Translations under genes and position numbers: made by a program | In this document: positions 52,051-64,000 of the stretch, in pieces | How the letters are laid out: each line of letters starts with the position of its first letter | Position numbering within the stretch: position 1 is the stretch's first letter | Source: Eledone cirrhosa | Lineage: Eukaryota | Assembly (NCBI GenBank): GCA_964016885.1 | Contig: OZ024743.1 | Location: 228,532,001 to 228,596,000 of the forward strand | Reading direction: 5' to 3' | Length of the DNA: 64,000 bases | Notes under the pieces: model-generated | The model's input: the letters and a program-made list of their open reading frames with translations, nothing else | What the model was told of the DNA's origin: nothing | The model's database searches: none

Positions 52051-52399
52051 GTATGCAATGCAGTCATACTACTGTTTTGTACCTTTCAAAAATGCCTTGC
52101 TAATGCAATTTCATGCAGTACAGGGATTTCAAGAACAAAGCAAAATTAAGTTCTTTTGAAACCCGAGACACTAAAACGATTATGGTGCCCTATTTAAAGT
52201 CTGTAAATAATTTTTTTTGAAAGAGAAATACATTTAATTTGAATACAATGTTGCCCCTCTTCCTCTAAAGCACAAAGCATGTCCTTATGTTATTTAATGG
52301 TTACAACAGCCATAGCTAAGTGTTTAATCAATCCTAGTAATTGACTGGTACTAACAATTATGCATATCCATCAATCTATTGCCATTATAATAATTCTTT

Positions 52400-52608
52400 T
52401 TAACATTTGTATAAGGCCAGCAATTTGGGTCAAAGGGTAGAATTGATTATATTGACCCCAGTACTAAACTGGTACATTATTTTATTGACCCTCATAAGGA
52501 TGAAAGGCAAAGATGACCTTGATGAGATTTGAACTCAGAATTTAAAGGGCCATAACTAAATGCTACAAAGCATTATCTGATGCACTTCGATTCTGCCAAT
52601 TCACTGCC
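52400..52608 (-). mobile_element. SINE family S2
   Basis: aggatgaaaggcaaag...atttgaactcagaa...ctgccaattcactgcc. Confidence 0.78.
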
Positions 52609-54200
52609 TTTATTGTCATTATAATAACAATGATTCATTATATTGATACAAGATCTCAATTTTACACAGGCAAAGAATAGAAAGCTTAGTTGCCAGAAGA
52701 GGACCCCACACCTGAGGAAGGAGTCCTGCAAGGAAGAATAGTTAATACTGGTATTGATAACCATCATTCTCCACAACAATGCATTCATCACAATGTCTAC
52801 AGAGTTCAGCAGCTGATATATAATATCCAGCTTAGAATGTAGGGTTTGTTCCCACTCATTTCTCATTCTCTTTCCCCTTTTTCTTCCCCATTCTTTTTGT
52901 CACATTTATATTCATTGTAATGCACTAAATTGGAAAGCATTAGAGCATCATCATTATAATTTATCATCTGTTTTCTCTGCTATCAGCTTTCTGTATGGTG
53001 TGTTCAAATCCTTCCACAGCTAACTTTTCTTTTCATCGTTTCAAGGTCAATAAATAAAGTAACCATTCAGTACTGAGTTTGATTCTATCTTTCTCTTCCT
53101 CTCTCTCTCTAAGAAATTGGATTTGATTAAAGCAGGAGCGGAATAGTCATAGCTAGGTTTAAATGTCCAAGATGTAATGTGTTCTAGTTGTTCGATGAAG
53201 AAAGTAGCATGCTTATAAAATTAGCATGCAAGTGGCTGAGTATTCCACAGACAAATGAAATGTTAACACATGTCATGATAGCATCCCTACAATTCCACCA
53301 GGAGTTAAGGTTCCATGGACATTCGTTGTCAAGGTCAAGGATATATTTCAATTAAAAAGACAAACTTTAATGGAGTAAATTTATGAGGAAGATAAATTAT
53401 CATCCCTATCATCCCTATCATCATCATTAAAAGGACTACAAAAACAAAATAAATAATTCAGAACCAGAATTAATTTGAAAATCACACAAAAGAAAGTATT
53501 TTTTTCATTTACATTCCTCCTCTCACATATAAGCACTTGCACTCACAACCACACACATGCACATTCATACATGCACAAGCACATACAGATGCATACACAC
53601 ATACTCACATAGAGACATAAAGAGATGCACGCAGATATAAATACACCCTCACAGGCACAGACTTTCACAATAATAGCACACACTTACTGACACACATTTA
53701 GATGCCTCCAACCTAGACATTCACATACACACAAACACACATCTTTTTTGTTCAAAGTTTGACTAAAATACATCTCAAATCTTGACAAAGACAAAACCAA
53801 CAACACAATATAACTAACAAAAAATATCCTACTCTGGTATTTCCCAAGCCTGTGCTCACAGACCCTATTAACACCCTTTCCCACTTCAATCTCCTTGCCT
53901 CATTCCCCCATTCCACTAAAAAATTTAGGTGGTATGGAGAAGACAGGAAAGCTACTTGCCAGCTCCACCTTGTACCAACCCCTAAAATCTCACTGATATC
54001 TCATTTCTCTCTCTCTCCCTTTACCTGAACCACACTTGTTTTTTCAAGTGTTTTTTTTTTGTTAAACTTTGTTTTTTTTTACAAAACAAAAATGATCAAA
54101 TATTTCATGTTATAAGAAAAAAAACAAATGAATAGAAGCAGTACTTGATGTGTCCTTTCCACTCAAAGGAAAAAGGAAAGAACAGCAATAGCATATAATA

Positions 54201-54249
<49 letters not shown>

Positions 54250-54257
54250 CATACATG

Positions 54258-54735
54258 TACAACAAAAGCTTTCTCCCTACATACAAAAGGGCAGCTGCAT
54301 GATGCCTGTGGGTGAAGTGCGATGCTGTATGATAGTGCAACATGGCCAGTGACTGCAGAGGACATGTACAGGCTGGAGAGAAATGAAGTAACCATGATTT
54401 CTTGTATGTGCAATGTATATGTGAAAGAAAATCAGAGAGAAAAACTGAGTTTAAGAGGATTCTGAAGTGGTGTGCAAGAGAGAGGACTGTGTTGGTACGG
54501 ACATGTGCTGTGCATGGATGATGATTGCTGGGTGAAAATGTGCCAAGAAATCCCAGTGGAAGGAAGCCACAGTAGAGTTAGATCATGGAAAACCTGGACA
54601 GAGGTAGTGAGAGCTGATCTTAAATAACTGAGACATACAGAGGAGAAGATGAAGGAAAATGGTGAGACCTTGTACTGAAAAGGACCCACCCAACCCATGC
54701 GAGCATGGAATAACAGACATAAAAATGATGATGAC
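54258..54735 (+). pseudogene. Degraded RTE-B-like LINE 3' fragment
   Basis: TKAFSLHTKGQLHDAC..SAMLYDSATWPVTAEDMYRLERNE...WYGHV with stops, then a (GAT)n tail. Confidence 0.85.
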
Positions 54736-55240
54736 ATATACACACACACATATGCACATACATATATATACACATATATGCACATAGATATATATATACA
54801 CATATATGCACATAGATATATATATATACATATATATGCACATATATATATATATATATACACATATATGCACATAGATATATATATATACATATATGCA
54901 CATATATATATATATATATACATATATGCACATATATATATATATATATACACATATATGCATATATATATATATATATATACACATATATGCACATAGA
55001 TATATATATATACATATATGCACATATATATATATATATACACATATATGCACATATATATATATATATATACACATATATGCACATATATATATATATA
55101 CACACACATATATGTACATACTTATATAAATACATAGATATATACACATACATATATATATATATACATATATTTGTACATACACATATATATATATACC
55201 CATATATGTGCATATACATGTGTGTGTGTACATATATATA
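54736..55240. repeat. Higher-order (TA)n repeat with ~24-30-bp cacatatatgcacat units
   Basis: Seen directly. Confidence 0.9.
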
Positions 55241-55591
55241 TATTATAAATCTATAATGCTATAAAAATATCAAATCAATACAACAAAGAAATGTACAGAA
55301 AAAATGATGCAAACTTTGTCTGGTCAAGTGCAGCTGCAAGCTTTCAAATGTGCATTGACATCAAGTGGGGTGCACTATTATAAGACAGTATTCTTTAATG
55401 ATAAAAAAATGTGTTGCAGAAGTGTACAGTGTTTGTTCAATTATCTTAAGGAAGTTTTCCCACAGCAACCAATTTGTCCAAAATCTCTCTCCCTCTATCT
55501 ATCTATATATCTATCTTTCTCTATCTATCTATCACTTTGTGTAGGCGTGGGGCTTGACAAATCTCCTTTACTTCTCCGTTTCAATATCTCC

Positions 55592-55641
<50 letters not shown>

Positions 55642-56287
55642 AAAAGGGGGAGCGTGAACAGATTGACAGCACATGAGATGAAAGTCACTCTAACAAGAAT
55701 AAAAAGAGCACCAAATAAGACTAAGAAATTAGAGAGAGAGAGAGAGGAATGAGAAAAAATATTACAATTTTTAAAAAAAGAAACTTGTGATTCATTGCAA
55801 TAACAACAATAACAACAAGATAAAGAGAAACACATTCAACTTCAAATATGATGAAGTTGAGTTAAGATGTAAAAAAAACCCACAGATATAGTGAGATATG
55901 ATGATGATGGTGGTGGTGATGATGACACTACTACTACTAATATTAATAATATATGAAGCACGAGACAAAAACAGCAACCCTGGTAATGACATTGTCTCGT
56001 CAGGTCTTTAATATTAGAAGATTAAGGACCTTTAAAAAGTTTGAGTGGGTGTCCCTGAAAATTACACACAGTGTCAATCTTAACTCCCAACCACGATTCA
56101 TAACTGATGGGGAGTCAAAAAAAGGTAAATCAACAGACACTGAGGGTGGGGAGAGAGTAATGAAGGGAGGTAGAGAGAAATACAGAGGGAGAGAGAGAGA
56201 CTATCATGAATGGAAGATGATGCAGGTGAAGACAAGGCTAAGAGGATAAAAATGTCTATGTGTGTTTGTGTGTGTTGTTATGTGTGT

Positions 56288-56558
56288 GAAGGCACGTGGC
56301 TTAGTGGTTAGGGTATTTGGCTCATAATTATAAGGTCACGAGTTTGATTCCCAGCAATGCATTATGTTCTTGCACAAAGCCCTTTATTTTCATGTTGCTC
56401 CAATTCACTCAGCCACCAAAAATGAGTGTACCTATAATACAGAAGGCCAGATTTGTCACACACTCACCATGCCACGCTGAATCTCCCTGACAACTAATTA
56501 ACAGTATATGATTCTGTGGAATGCTCAACCACTTGCACATTCATTTTATGAGTAGGCT
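56288..56558 (+). mobile_element. tRNA-headed SINE family S1
   Basis: ggcacgtggcttagtggttaggg...gagtttgattccc; the body is as in the 19217 copy. Confidence 0.8.
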
Positions 56559-58485
56559 TTGACAGCAGATTGTATAAACAAAGGAAAGACCAATAGAAAC
56601 ATAATATCCTTGGGCCAATCTGATGATAGGCTCTGTTGTTTTTTTCTTTTAGAATTATTTGAAAACTATAGGCAGTATCTGTAATTAAAAATATAGTAAT
56701 GAAAGGGTTAATATTGCTATATGTTTATCTTAATTATTCCACTGCTAGAACACCTAATGCAAGAAGTTTTTGTTGTTTTCTGCAGGGCACAGAACAACCA
56801 GGAAAGCAACAGAAATGGAATACAAACTCAACAACTATTCAACTGAGAGGACAACACTTTATCTATTCAGCCAGTGAAATTGTTCAGGTAATTGCAGAAA
56901 TCAATATATTACTATATTTATATATAGATCCCAATATCTACGTCAAAAGCCATCATGTAAAAATATCATAATAAATAGAAATGCAATGAAAGAGTCTATA
57001 GAAAAGATATATGTGAATACAATAATTGGAAGTGTGTTACAGTGTATTAAAGTTCACAGTTGTAGCTAAGTCTTACATTGTGCTTGGTAACTGTTCTTCC
57101 GCCCTTGAAAATGTTCTATATACAACTTCCTTTAAACACCAAGCTCTAAGCAGCTATGTTTAGACACAATAAATATATATGATTGGTAAACATGTAGCCT
57201 GAACAAAATCAGAAGAATAAAAGTGAAATGAAACAAATAACAAAAACAGAAAAGAACATGGCTACAAATCTTGCATAATCCTTTGTTTGAAGACAATTCA
57301 GTATGTTTCAGCAAAAATTATTCAATCTTTAATTCTGAATGATCTATTGAGAAATACGAATGATGGTTGACTTTGCAAAGAATAGAGAGGAGAGTGGTGT
57401 TCTTGGTAGAGGAGGAAGTTATGCAAGAGTCAAAACTGGAAAGAAAATGATGATATATAATTTGCATCATACACACACACACAGACACACATATATATAT
57501 ATATATAGAGAGAGAGATGTATTTTCAACTGCAAAAATATTGAAACTGAATAATAGTTAAGGTGTAGAGAGAGAGAGAGGTTGTGTCAGAGCGAAAGAGG
57601 GTAAGAACAGTGCAAGAGAATGAGCAAGAGAGAGAGTAATCATTTTTTAATTATCGTTTTCTAATCTATGGTCAATGACAGTTCGACTGAACTCAGAACT
57701 GCATAGCTGCAAAGCAAAATTCTTAACCACACAACCATACCTGCACATGTACTATCAAGAATCTTACAAAGAGAAATAGGAAGCAGTGACAATCATAGAT
57801 TACCAAGGACATAAACAAATATTCTAACTAAATACCAGGCATTGGCTGACATTTTAGCTTTTGTGCCCCCGTGTATTGTCCATTACATTGAATATTACAG
57901 AGGGCATTTTTGAAGAAACCCTTTTCTCCTGTGACCATTTACAATGCTTGCTATATTGCAAATCTGTTTGAATAATATAAGCATGAGAGGTATATATGGA
58001 AAACTGATAATGATTATGATGGTGATTGTGGTAGAAGTTGTGATGATGGCAGAGGTGGTTGTAGTTGTGACCATCATCATGGTGGCAGTGGTGGTGACAG
58101 TGATAAGGAAATAGAAGAACACAAAGACAAAGAAGAGGAGGAAAAGAGGGAGAGGAGAGAAGAATAAGAATGAAGAACGAATATTTTGTGTCAACCTTTG
58201 TCCTTAGAATTAAATTTTAGATAAGGTTATCTCCAAGTAATAAGATTTTTTAAGGTGGAAACATAAGTGCAATGGCTTGTGTGTTGGTGAGTATGAGCAT
58301 TTGTAAGTGTGCATGTGTATATATGTAGCTGCATGTGAATTAAAGGAGATATTGTTCTAACTAAGAAGTAGAGAGAAAGAGTCGCTATGCTTGTCTGATA
58401 AAGGTGAAAGCAAGAGATTTATCAGAAAAAAGTCATTTTTAATTGGGTTTGATTGGAAACCTAGATATTGGCTGCACTATCTATC

Positions 58486-58517
<32 letters not shown>

Positions 58518-60629
58518 CCTCAAAGATAGCAGACAAGGAAAGAATGAAAACAGTAGAGAAGCAACACAAGCGTAGGGAGAGAAACATTGAAAGAAGGAGT
58601 GAAGAAGATACATTTGTGTGTATGAATATATGAATCATTTTTTGCCGGTTTCAGTCATTAAACTACAGCTATGTTGGGTGAGGCACTGCCTTAAAAGGAT
58701 TTAGTCGGTCATAACAGCCCCAATATTTATTTTTTCAAGTCTGGTGCATATTTTATCAATCAAATTTTGTCAAACTTCGAAGTTACAGCACATAGAAATG
58801 GGTCCTCACTCACACACACACGCACACACAATTAACTTCTGAAATGTATGTCTACACAAATCACCCTTACAAAAGTTTAGTCAACCTGAGCCTATAGTAG
58901 AAGGCAATGTCTTAGAGTATGTATGTATGTATCTATGTAAATAAACAGTCCTTGTTTTATGGTTGATCATCTTAGCATCACTTCCCCAGTGATGTAAGCT
59001 CCAGACTGAGTGAGGAAACTGTCTGGTGTGTGGGAAGCTAGGTGTATGCCACACTTATTTACCCAAGGTGCCAGGCACTGTGACTGAACCCAAAAACTAG
59101 TGGTTGCCAAGTAGAACTCCTTATCCACACAGTTATACCTATACAAGGATTCCTTCATTTACTGCACACATGTAGAAGCAACACACTCTTCCACAGTCGT
59201 ATGATGCTGAAAGCAAATTTGTATGAAAAGAATTTAAAATAAAGTAAATTCTGAAATAAGTATGATTCTGAAGAGAAACCAGTCTTCTTCCAAAAACCTG
59301 CTTAGAAAGTAAATCAACAACAACAAATAAAAATGGGTGGGGAAGTAAGGAGAACAGACAAGTATATATTCTTTTTTCTGAGGTTTGGTAAAAAAAAAAA
59401 AGATGGAAATAATTGGTATTAGTTGAGATTTTCATAAAGGCTGGTGTAACTTTTTTAACAGGATGCATATGAAAAATTTTCTAATCTTACTTTAGAAAAA
59501 TAGTGTGAGTGTGTTTGTCTGTGTATATGTGTGTATGAGTGTGTGTGTGTGTGTGTGAGTTTTATGTGTATGATTGTGTATGTGTGTGTATGCATATATA
59601 AGTGTATGTTTTTGTGTGTATATGCATGTGTTTATGTATGTATATATGTGTGTTTGAAGAGTATGCATGTGTATGTTTGTGAGAGTGTGCATGTGTATGT
59701 GGATGTGTGTGTGTGCATGTGTGTGTCTAAGTAAAACAACATATGATGGCAATACAATAAAATAAAATGTGCCTATTTCTAAGCTGTTCACCTCAGCAAC
59801 AAACAGCTTTGCTATAGAATGATAGCCAAACATAAGACTAAGGCTAAAATACTCAGCGGAATTATTCAGTTATGCTTATATAGAATTTGGCTTTCATACT
59901 AAACACAATTGCATAGCTACCTTAACAACATTCCTGCATCAATTGCTATAACTAAGTTGGTCTTGCTTAGTGAGAAATGGGAGCTTTTACTACATATGCT
60001 CCCTCTTCCCATCTAAGGAATTGCTTTTTATTATATACACGAGGTGGGGGGGGGGGGGGGGTATACTTACAATTTCCCAAATGGAATTTGTTGCTATGGC
60101 ACTCACTTGTCAAGGGGGCCCAGATGGGTTTCCCATCAAATGGTCACAGTTCTATAGCTTTTATTGCTATCTTACAGAACAGAATTATTTGTGTATGTGT
60201 GTCTGTGCATGCATATGTGTGGGTATGTGCATACATGTGTGCATCCATACATGTGTATGCATATGTATGAATATGTATGGATGAATCAATAGAAAACTCT
60301 CCTCTCATAGAACAATGCTTGGTACTTTTGCTGAAAATTAACCCTTTAATTACCATATTTATAATTAATGACATTGCCTATGATTTTCAAATTATTTTGA
60401 AAATTAACAAAAGAAAATTTCATACATAAAATTGTAGTGGAATTTTTAAAATAAATATAAACAGTATTTTAGAACCAATAGGGTTTCAGGCAGTTTGGTA
60501 TCAAGTGGGTGAGTATCTGTCCATGCATATGCATGTAGTAAGGTATGTTATGTGTGTTTATTTGATTATGCATATGTATGTGTTAGAGTGTGGACACACA
60601 TATTAGACACTCTAATATATATAGATATA

Positions 60630-60892
60630 GTAATAATAATAAATTTGAAGACTAAAATCCAAAGAGGGCTCGATAAGGATAAATATATATCAAATATATA
60701 AGAACCGTAGAGCAAATATTTATTAAAATAACAGATTAAAGTTTAAGCAAAGAATCGCTGCTTTCACCCTTAACAGGATCTTCTGAAACTAACAAAGTAA
60801 AAAAAAGATTGACTTTGTTAGTTTCAGAAGATCCCATTAAGGGTGAAAGCATCGATTCTTTGCTTAAACTTTAATGTTATTTTAATAAATAT
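60630..60892 (-). mobile_element. Fold-back element H4: tail ~60630-60715, ~82-bp arms (60716-60798 / 60812-60892) with a hammerhead-like scaffold
   Basis: The arms differ by 3 substitutions and a 2-nt indel. The right arm reads CAGAAGA-tccc-attaa-gggt-GAAA-gcatc. (TA)n is adjacent. Confidence 0.78.
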
Positions 60893-62214
60893 ATATATAT
60901 ATATATATAGAGAGAGATAGAGAGAGAGAGAGAGAGAGTGACAGACAGACAGAGTGTGTGAGAGAGAGAGGGAGATACAGACAGGTTGTGGGAGAGAGAG
61001 GGAGAGGTATGTATGTATGTATTGGAGAGTGTGTGTATACATTGGAATGGGCATGTTTCTGTATATTTGAGTGTGTAGGTGTGTTTGTATGTGTATGTGT
61101 TTGTACACACGTATTTATATGTGTGTGTGTGATGTGGGTATGACTATGTGTGGGGGGTTGAGAAACAGCAGCAGTAGCAGAGATTAAACGTTTTAACTGA
61201 GCCTATTAATTGTAGCAAGTTATAAAACAAGCAAGGTGACTTTATGTTGAGGAGTCATGTCTGTTGTAAAGGCATGACTGTGAATGGCAAGAAACAGTAG
61301 ATCAACTTGAACAGACCGACAGGAAGTGGCCCCTATCATCTCTTCCTCAGCTTCCTGTCTATTTCTCCATGAAGAGCCATAAATTTTCTTCATATCATTA
61401 ACAATCTTTTAATGTCATTAATAACCTTGCAGGTTTTGATGTCACAGTCTATCTATCACATTTCAGTTGCCATAGTGGTGCAGGCAGTTGAATGATCAAC
61501 CGATTTGCCTCATCAAAGATGTAGCAGGTTAAACCCATTCATTTCCACATTTCTAATGAGAAGAAACTGTCTATAATTTTCAAATCGTTTGAAAATAATC
61601 AAGAAACTGGAAAGATTTAGTAATATAACTATCTTATTATTATCCATGTAAATTGGTGTGTCAAACCAAAAAGTTGCTTGAGGTATTGTGTTATATTCCT
61701 TTATGCAAGAATGACTTAGCTTCTCAATAAATAATTATTGTCCAACACATGCCAGCATGGAATGTGGACATACAATTATGATATAACTGACTAAACAAAA
61801 AACATCAAAGTTGTGCCCTAGCATGGTCGTAGAACAAACAGAAACGAGTAAAAGATTATTCATCTATTTTTTTTAAATGTTTAACCCTGCTATGACTATA
61901 TTTCTAATGAAAGACACTGCCTTTAATTTTTAAATAATTTGGAAATAATCAAGAATTTGGAAGGATTTAGTAATGTAAAGCTAACTTTCTCATTATTAAG
62001 CTGGTTTAACAAAAGTTCTAATATAAAGTTAAGACAGACAATTTTCAGATACATAAACAGCATAGAATAAGGAGTAGTTTCAGGTAGCTTGGTATACAAA
62101 ATTATTAAGCACTATAAATAGGTATGAAATAATTGAGATTTGGTTCCACAAGCACCAGCTTTAATTCCTGATGCCCGTAGATAACTTTCAAATAGTCATG
62201 AGTCTTCTAATAAT

Positions 62215-62396
62215 TGTTTCTACTTTTGGCACAAGGCCAGCAATTACCCAGTACATTACTGGTACTTTATTTTATCGACCCCATAAGGATGAAAGGCAAA
62301 GTTAACCTCGGCGGGATTTGAACTCAGACCGTAAAGGGACGTAACTATGCTGGAAAGCATGGCGTCCGACTCTCTACTGATACTGCCAATCCACCG
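62215..62396 (-). mobile_element. Relatively young S2 SINE with a target-site duplication
   Basis: The direct repeat catgagtcttctaataat lies at 62197-62214 and 62397-62414; CpGs are retained. Confidence 0.85.
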
Positions 62397-63041
62397 CATG
62401 AGTCTTCTAATAATAACCCCAAAACTATACATTTCTGAGAAAGTAGAAGAGATGTGGAGGCATGGTGCACAGTGTAACTTGTCAATAGATTATAATATGA
62501 AAACAAAAAAGTATTTCCTTCAGTCTGAGTCATCACAACCCTTTGTCTGGCATGATTTCTATGGCCAGATGCTCTTTCTATCACCAATCAGTTTACAGAA
62601 TATACTGGGTGCATTTTATTGTGACAATAACACTAGAGATGTTAACTCAACTGAAGACTCCTCTCAATCCTTTGTATGGAAAGGGTTTTATGACAGGATG
62701 CCTTTCTTCTTACCAAGCAATTCACATATCTTTAAAAGACCCTAGTGTTAGAGAAGCACAATTCTAACCTAAATTGAACTTGAAACATACAAACCAACAG
62801 TCATAATAATAAATGAATTTAATAAAATAAAAGTGAATGAAAAATATTAAAGGATGAAGCAATATTAAAGCAAGATTAGATGAGGATGATAAAGTGGTAA
62901 AAACAAAGAAACAAGGATGATGCAAAAGAGAAAATAAATGAAATGAAGATATATTTTGATTGCAAGCTGACAAAAATATTGAATATAACATCCAAGTTTC
63001 TGTGTTTTCATGAATAACTACTTATTAGATTTCTTTATATT

Positions 63042-63225
63042 TTGGCAGAATTATTTGAGCATCAGATTAGAGCTTTGTGGTATTTCTTTCAGCTCTTTAT
63101 GTTCTGTGTTCAAACCCTCACCATGGTCAACTTTGCCTTTCATCTTTCTTGAGTTAGTGAAATAACTACCAGCCAAGAACTGAAGATGATTTAATTGACA
63201 TTCCCCTCCCACTAAAATTGCTCAC
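63042..63225 (+). mobile_element. SINE family S2 (a second copy lies at 63440-63578 on the minus strand)
   Basis: ttggcagaatt...gtcaactttgcctttcatc. Confidence 0.72.
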
Positions 63226-63616
63226 TTTCCTTCATAGTTTTTCTTTAACTTGTAACTCCTGGTGGATTCGTAGGGGCTTCATTGTGATATGCAGCATTTC
63301 TTGGGCTGTATTTAAACCTGGCAGAAGCTAACTTCTCTCCAGGTATGAATACAGCTAATTTATTCTGGAGAAGGATAAAGAGTGATAATGAAAAAAAGTA
63401 AGAAAGTGATATAGGGAAACGATCGACTCAGTACTAGGCTGCTACTTTTTTTATTGACCTCGAAAGGATAAAAGGCAAAGTTGACTTTGTTGGGATTTAA
63501 ACACAGAATGCAGAGAGCCTGAACAAATACCACAAAGTATTCCAACTGATGTTCTAATAGCTCTGCCAATTCACCACCACATTCTGCCTAAATTAGAAAC
63601 ATTTATATTGAAGAAA

Positions 63617-63770
63617 TAGGCATAGCTGTGTGGTTAAGGAGTTTGCTCCTCCAGCAGGTTTGGGTTTAGTCCTACTGCACAGCACCTTTGACAAGTATCT
63701 TCTTCTCTAGCCTTGGGTTGGCAAATGTCTTGCAAATGCAATTTGGTAGCCAGAAACTGCAGAACCCTAT

Positions 63771-63772
<2 letters not shown>
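63617..63772 (+). mobile_element. SINE family S3
   Basis: aggcatagctgtgtggttaagg...gggtttagtcctactgcacagcacctttgacaagtatcttc...ttggtagccagaaactgcagaaccc. Confidence 0.75.
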
Positions 63773-63818
<46 letters not shown>

Positions 63819-64000
63819 AGTGTGTGAGTGTGTGTGTGTGTGTGTGTGCGCGCGTGCACGCATGCATATTTATTTTTTGTGTTTACGTTTATGTCCTGTA
63901 ACTTGAGCAAAAAGGACTGGGTTTGAAATGATTGACTAAATGAAAGTTTTGCTCCAGTATGTCCACAGTCTCATGACTGAAAGCAGTAAAAACAGAAAAG

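Noticed and set aside
52690-52845. Possible exon (LPEEDPTPEEGVLQGR...) or hammerhead (ctgagga-agga-g-tcct-gcaa)
   Set aside because: No recognisable protein or donor site; the GAAA box and stems I/III are absent.

Overview
This is an AT-rich, microsatellite-saturated eukaryotic intronic or intergenic window with no recognisable host protein-coding exon. Its repeat content suggests a coleoid cephalopod, most likely Octopus, though that is inference from recalled repeat families. Nearly all ORFs in the track are artefacts of (TA)n/(CA)n/(CAA)n tracts, and the real coding sequence is transposon-derived. It includes a 5'-truncated but uninterrupted RLE-type (R4/Dong-like) non-LTR ORF flanked on both sides by (TATG)n at 20635-22902. 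It also includes several RTE-clade LINE 3' fragments, some with a C4HC3 PHD-like finger inside the RT, two internally deleted mariner elements, small MITEs and many tRNA-headed SINEs. The ORF track misses three notable signals. (1) About ten minimal hammerhead-ribozyme-like cores are scattered across the window, several inside fold-back 'arm-spacer-arm + tail' elements in (TA)n that resemble Penelope-like pseudo-LTR remnants. (2) A tandemly amplified, covarying pseudoknot+hairpin module is shared between RTE 3' UTRs and SINE bodies. (3) Arm differences in three neighbouring palindromes are strand-biased and G.U-compatible. All alignments and counts were done by eye.
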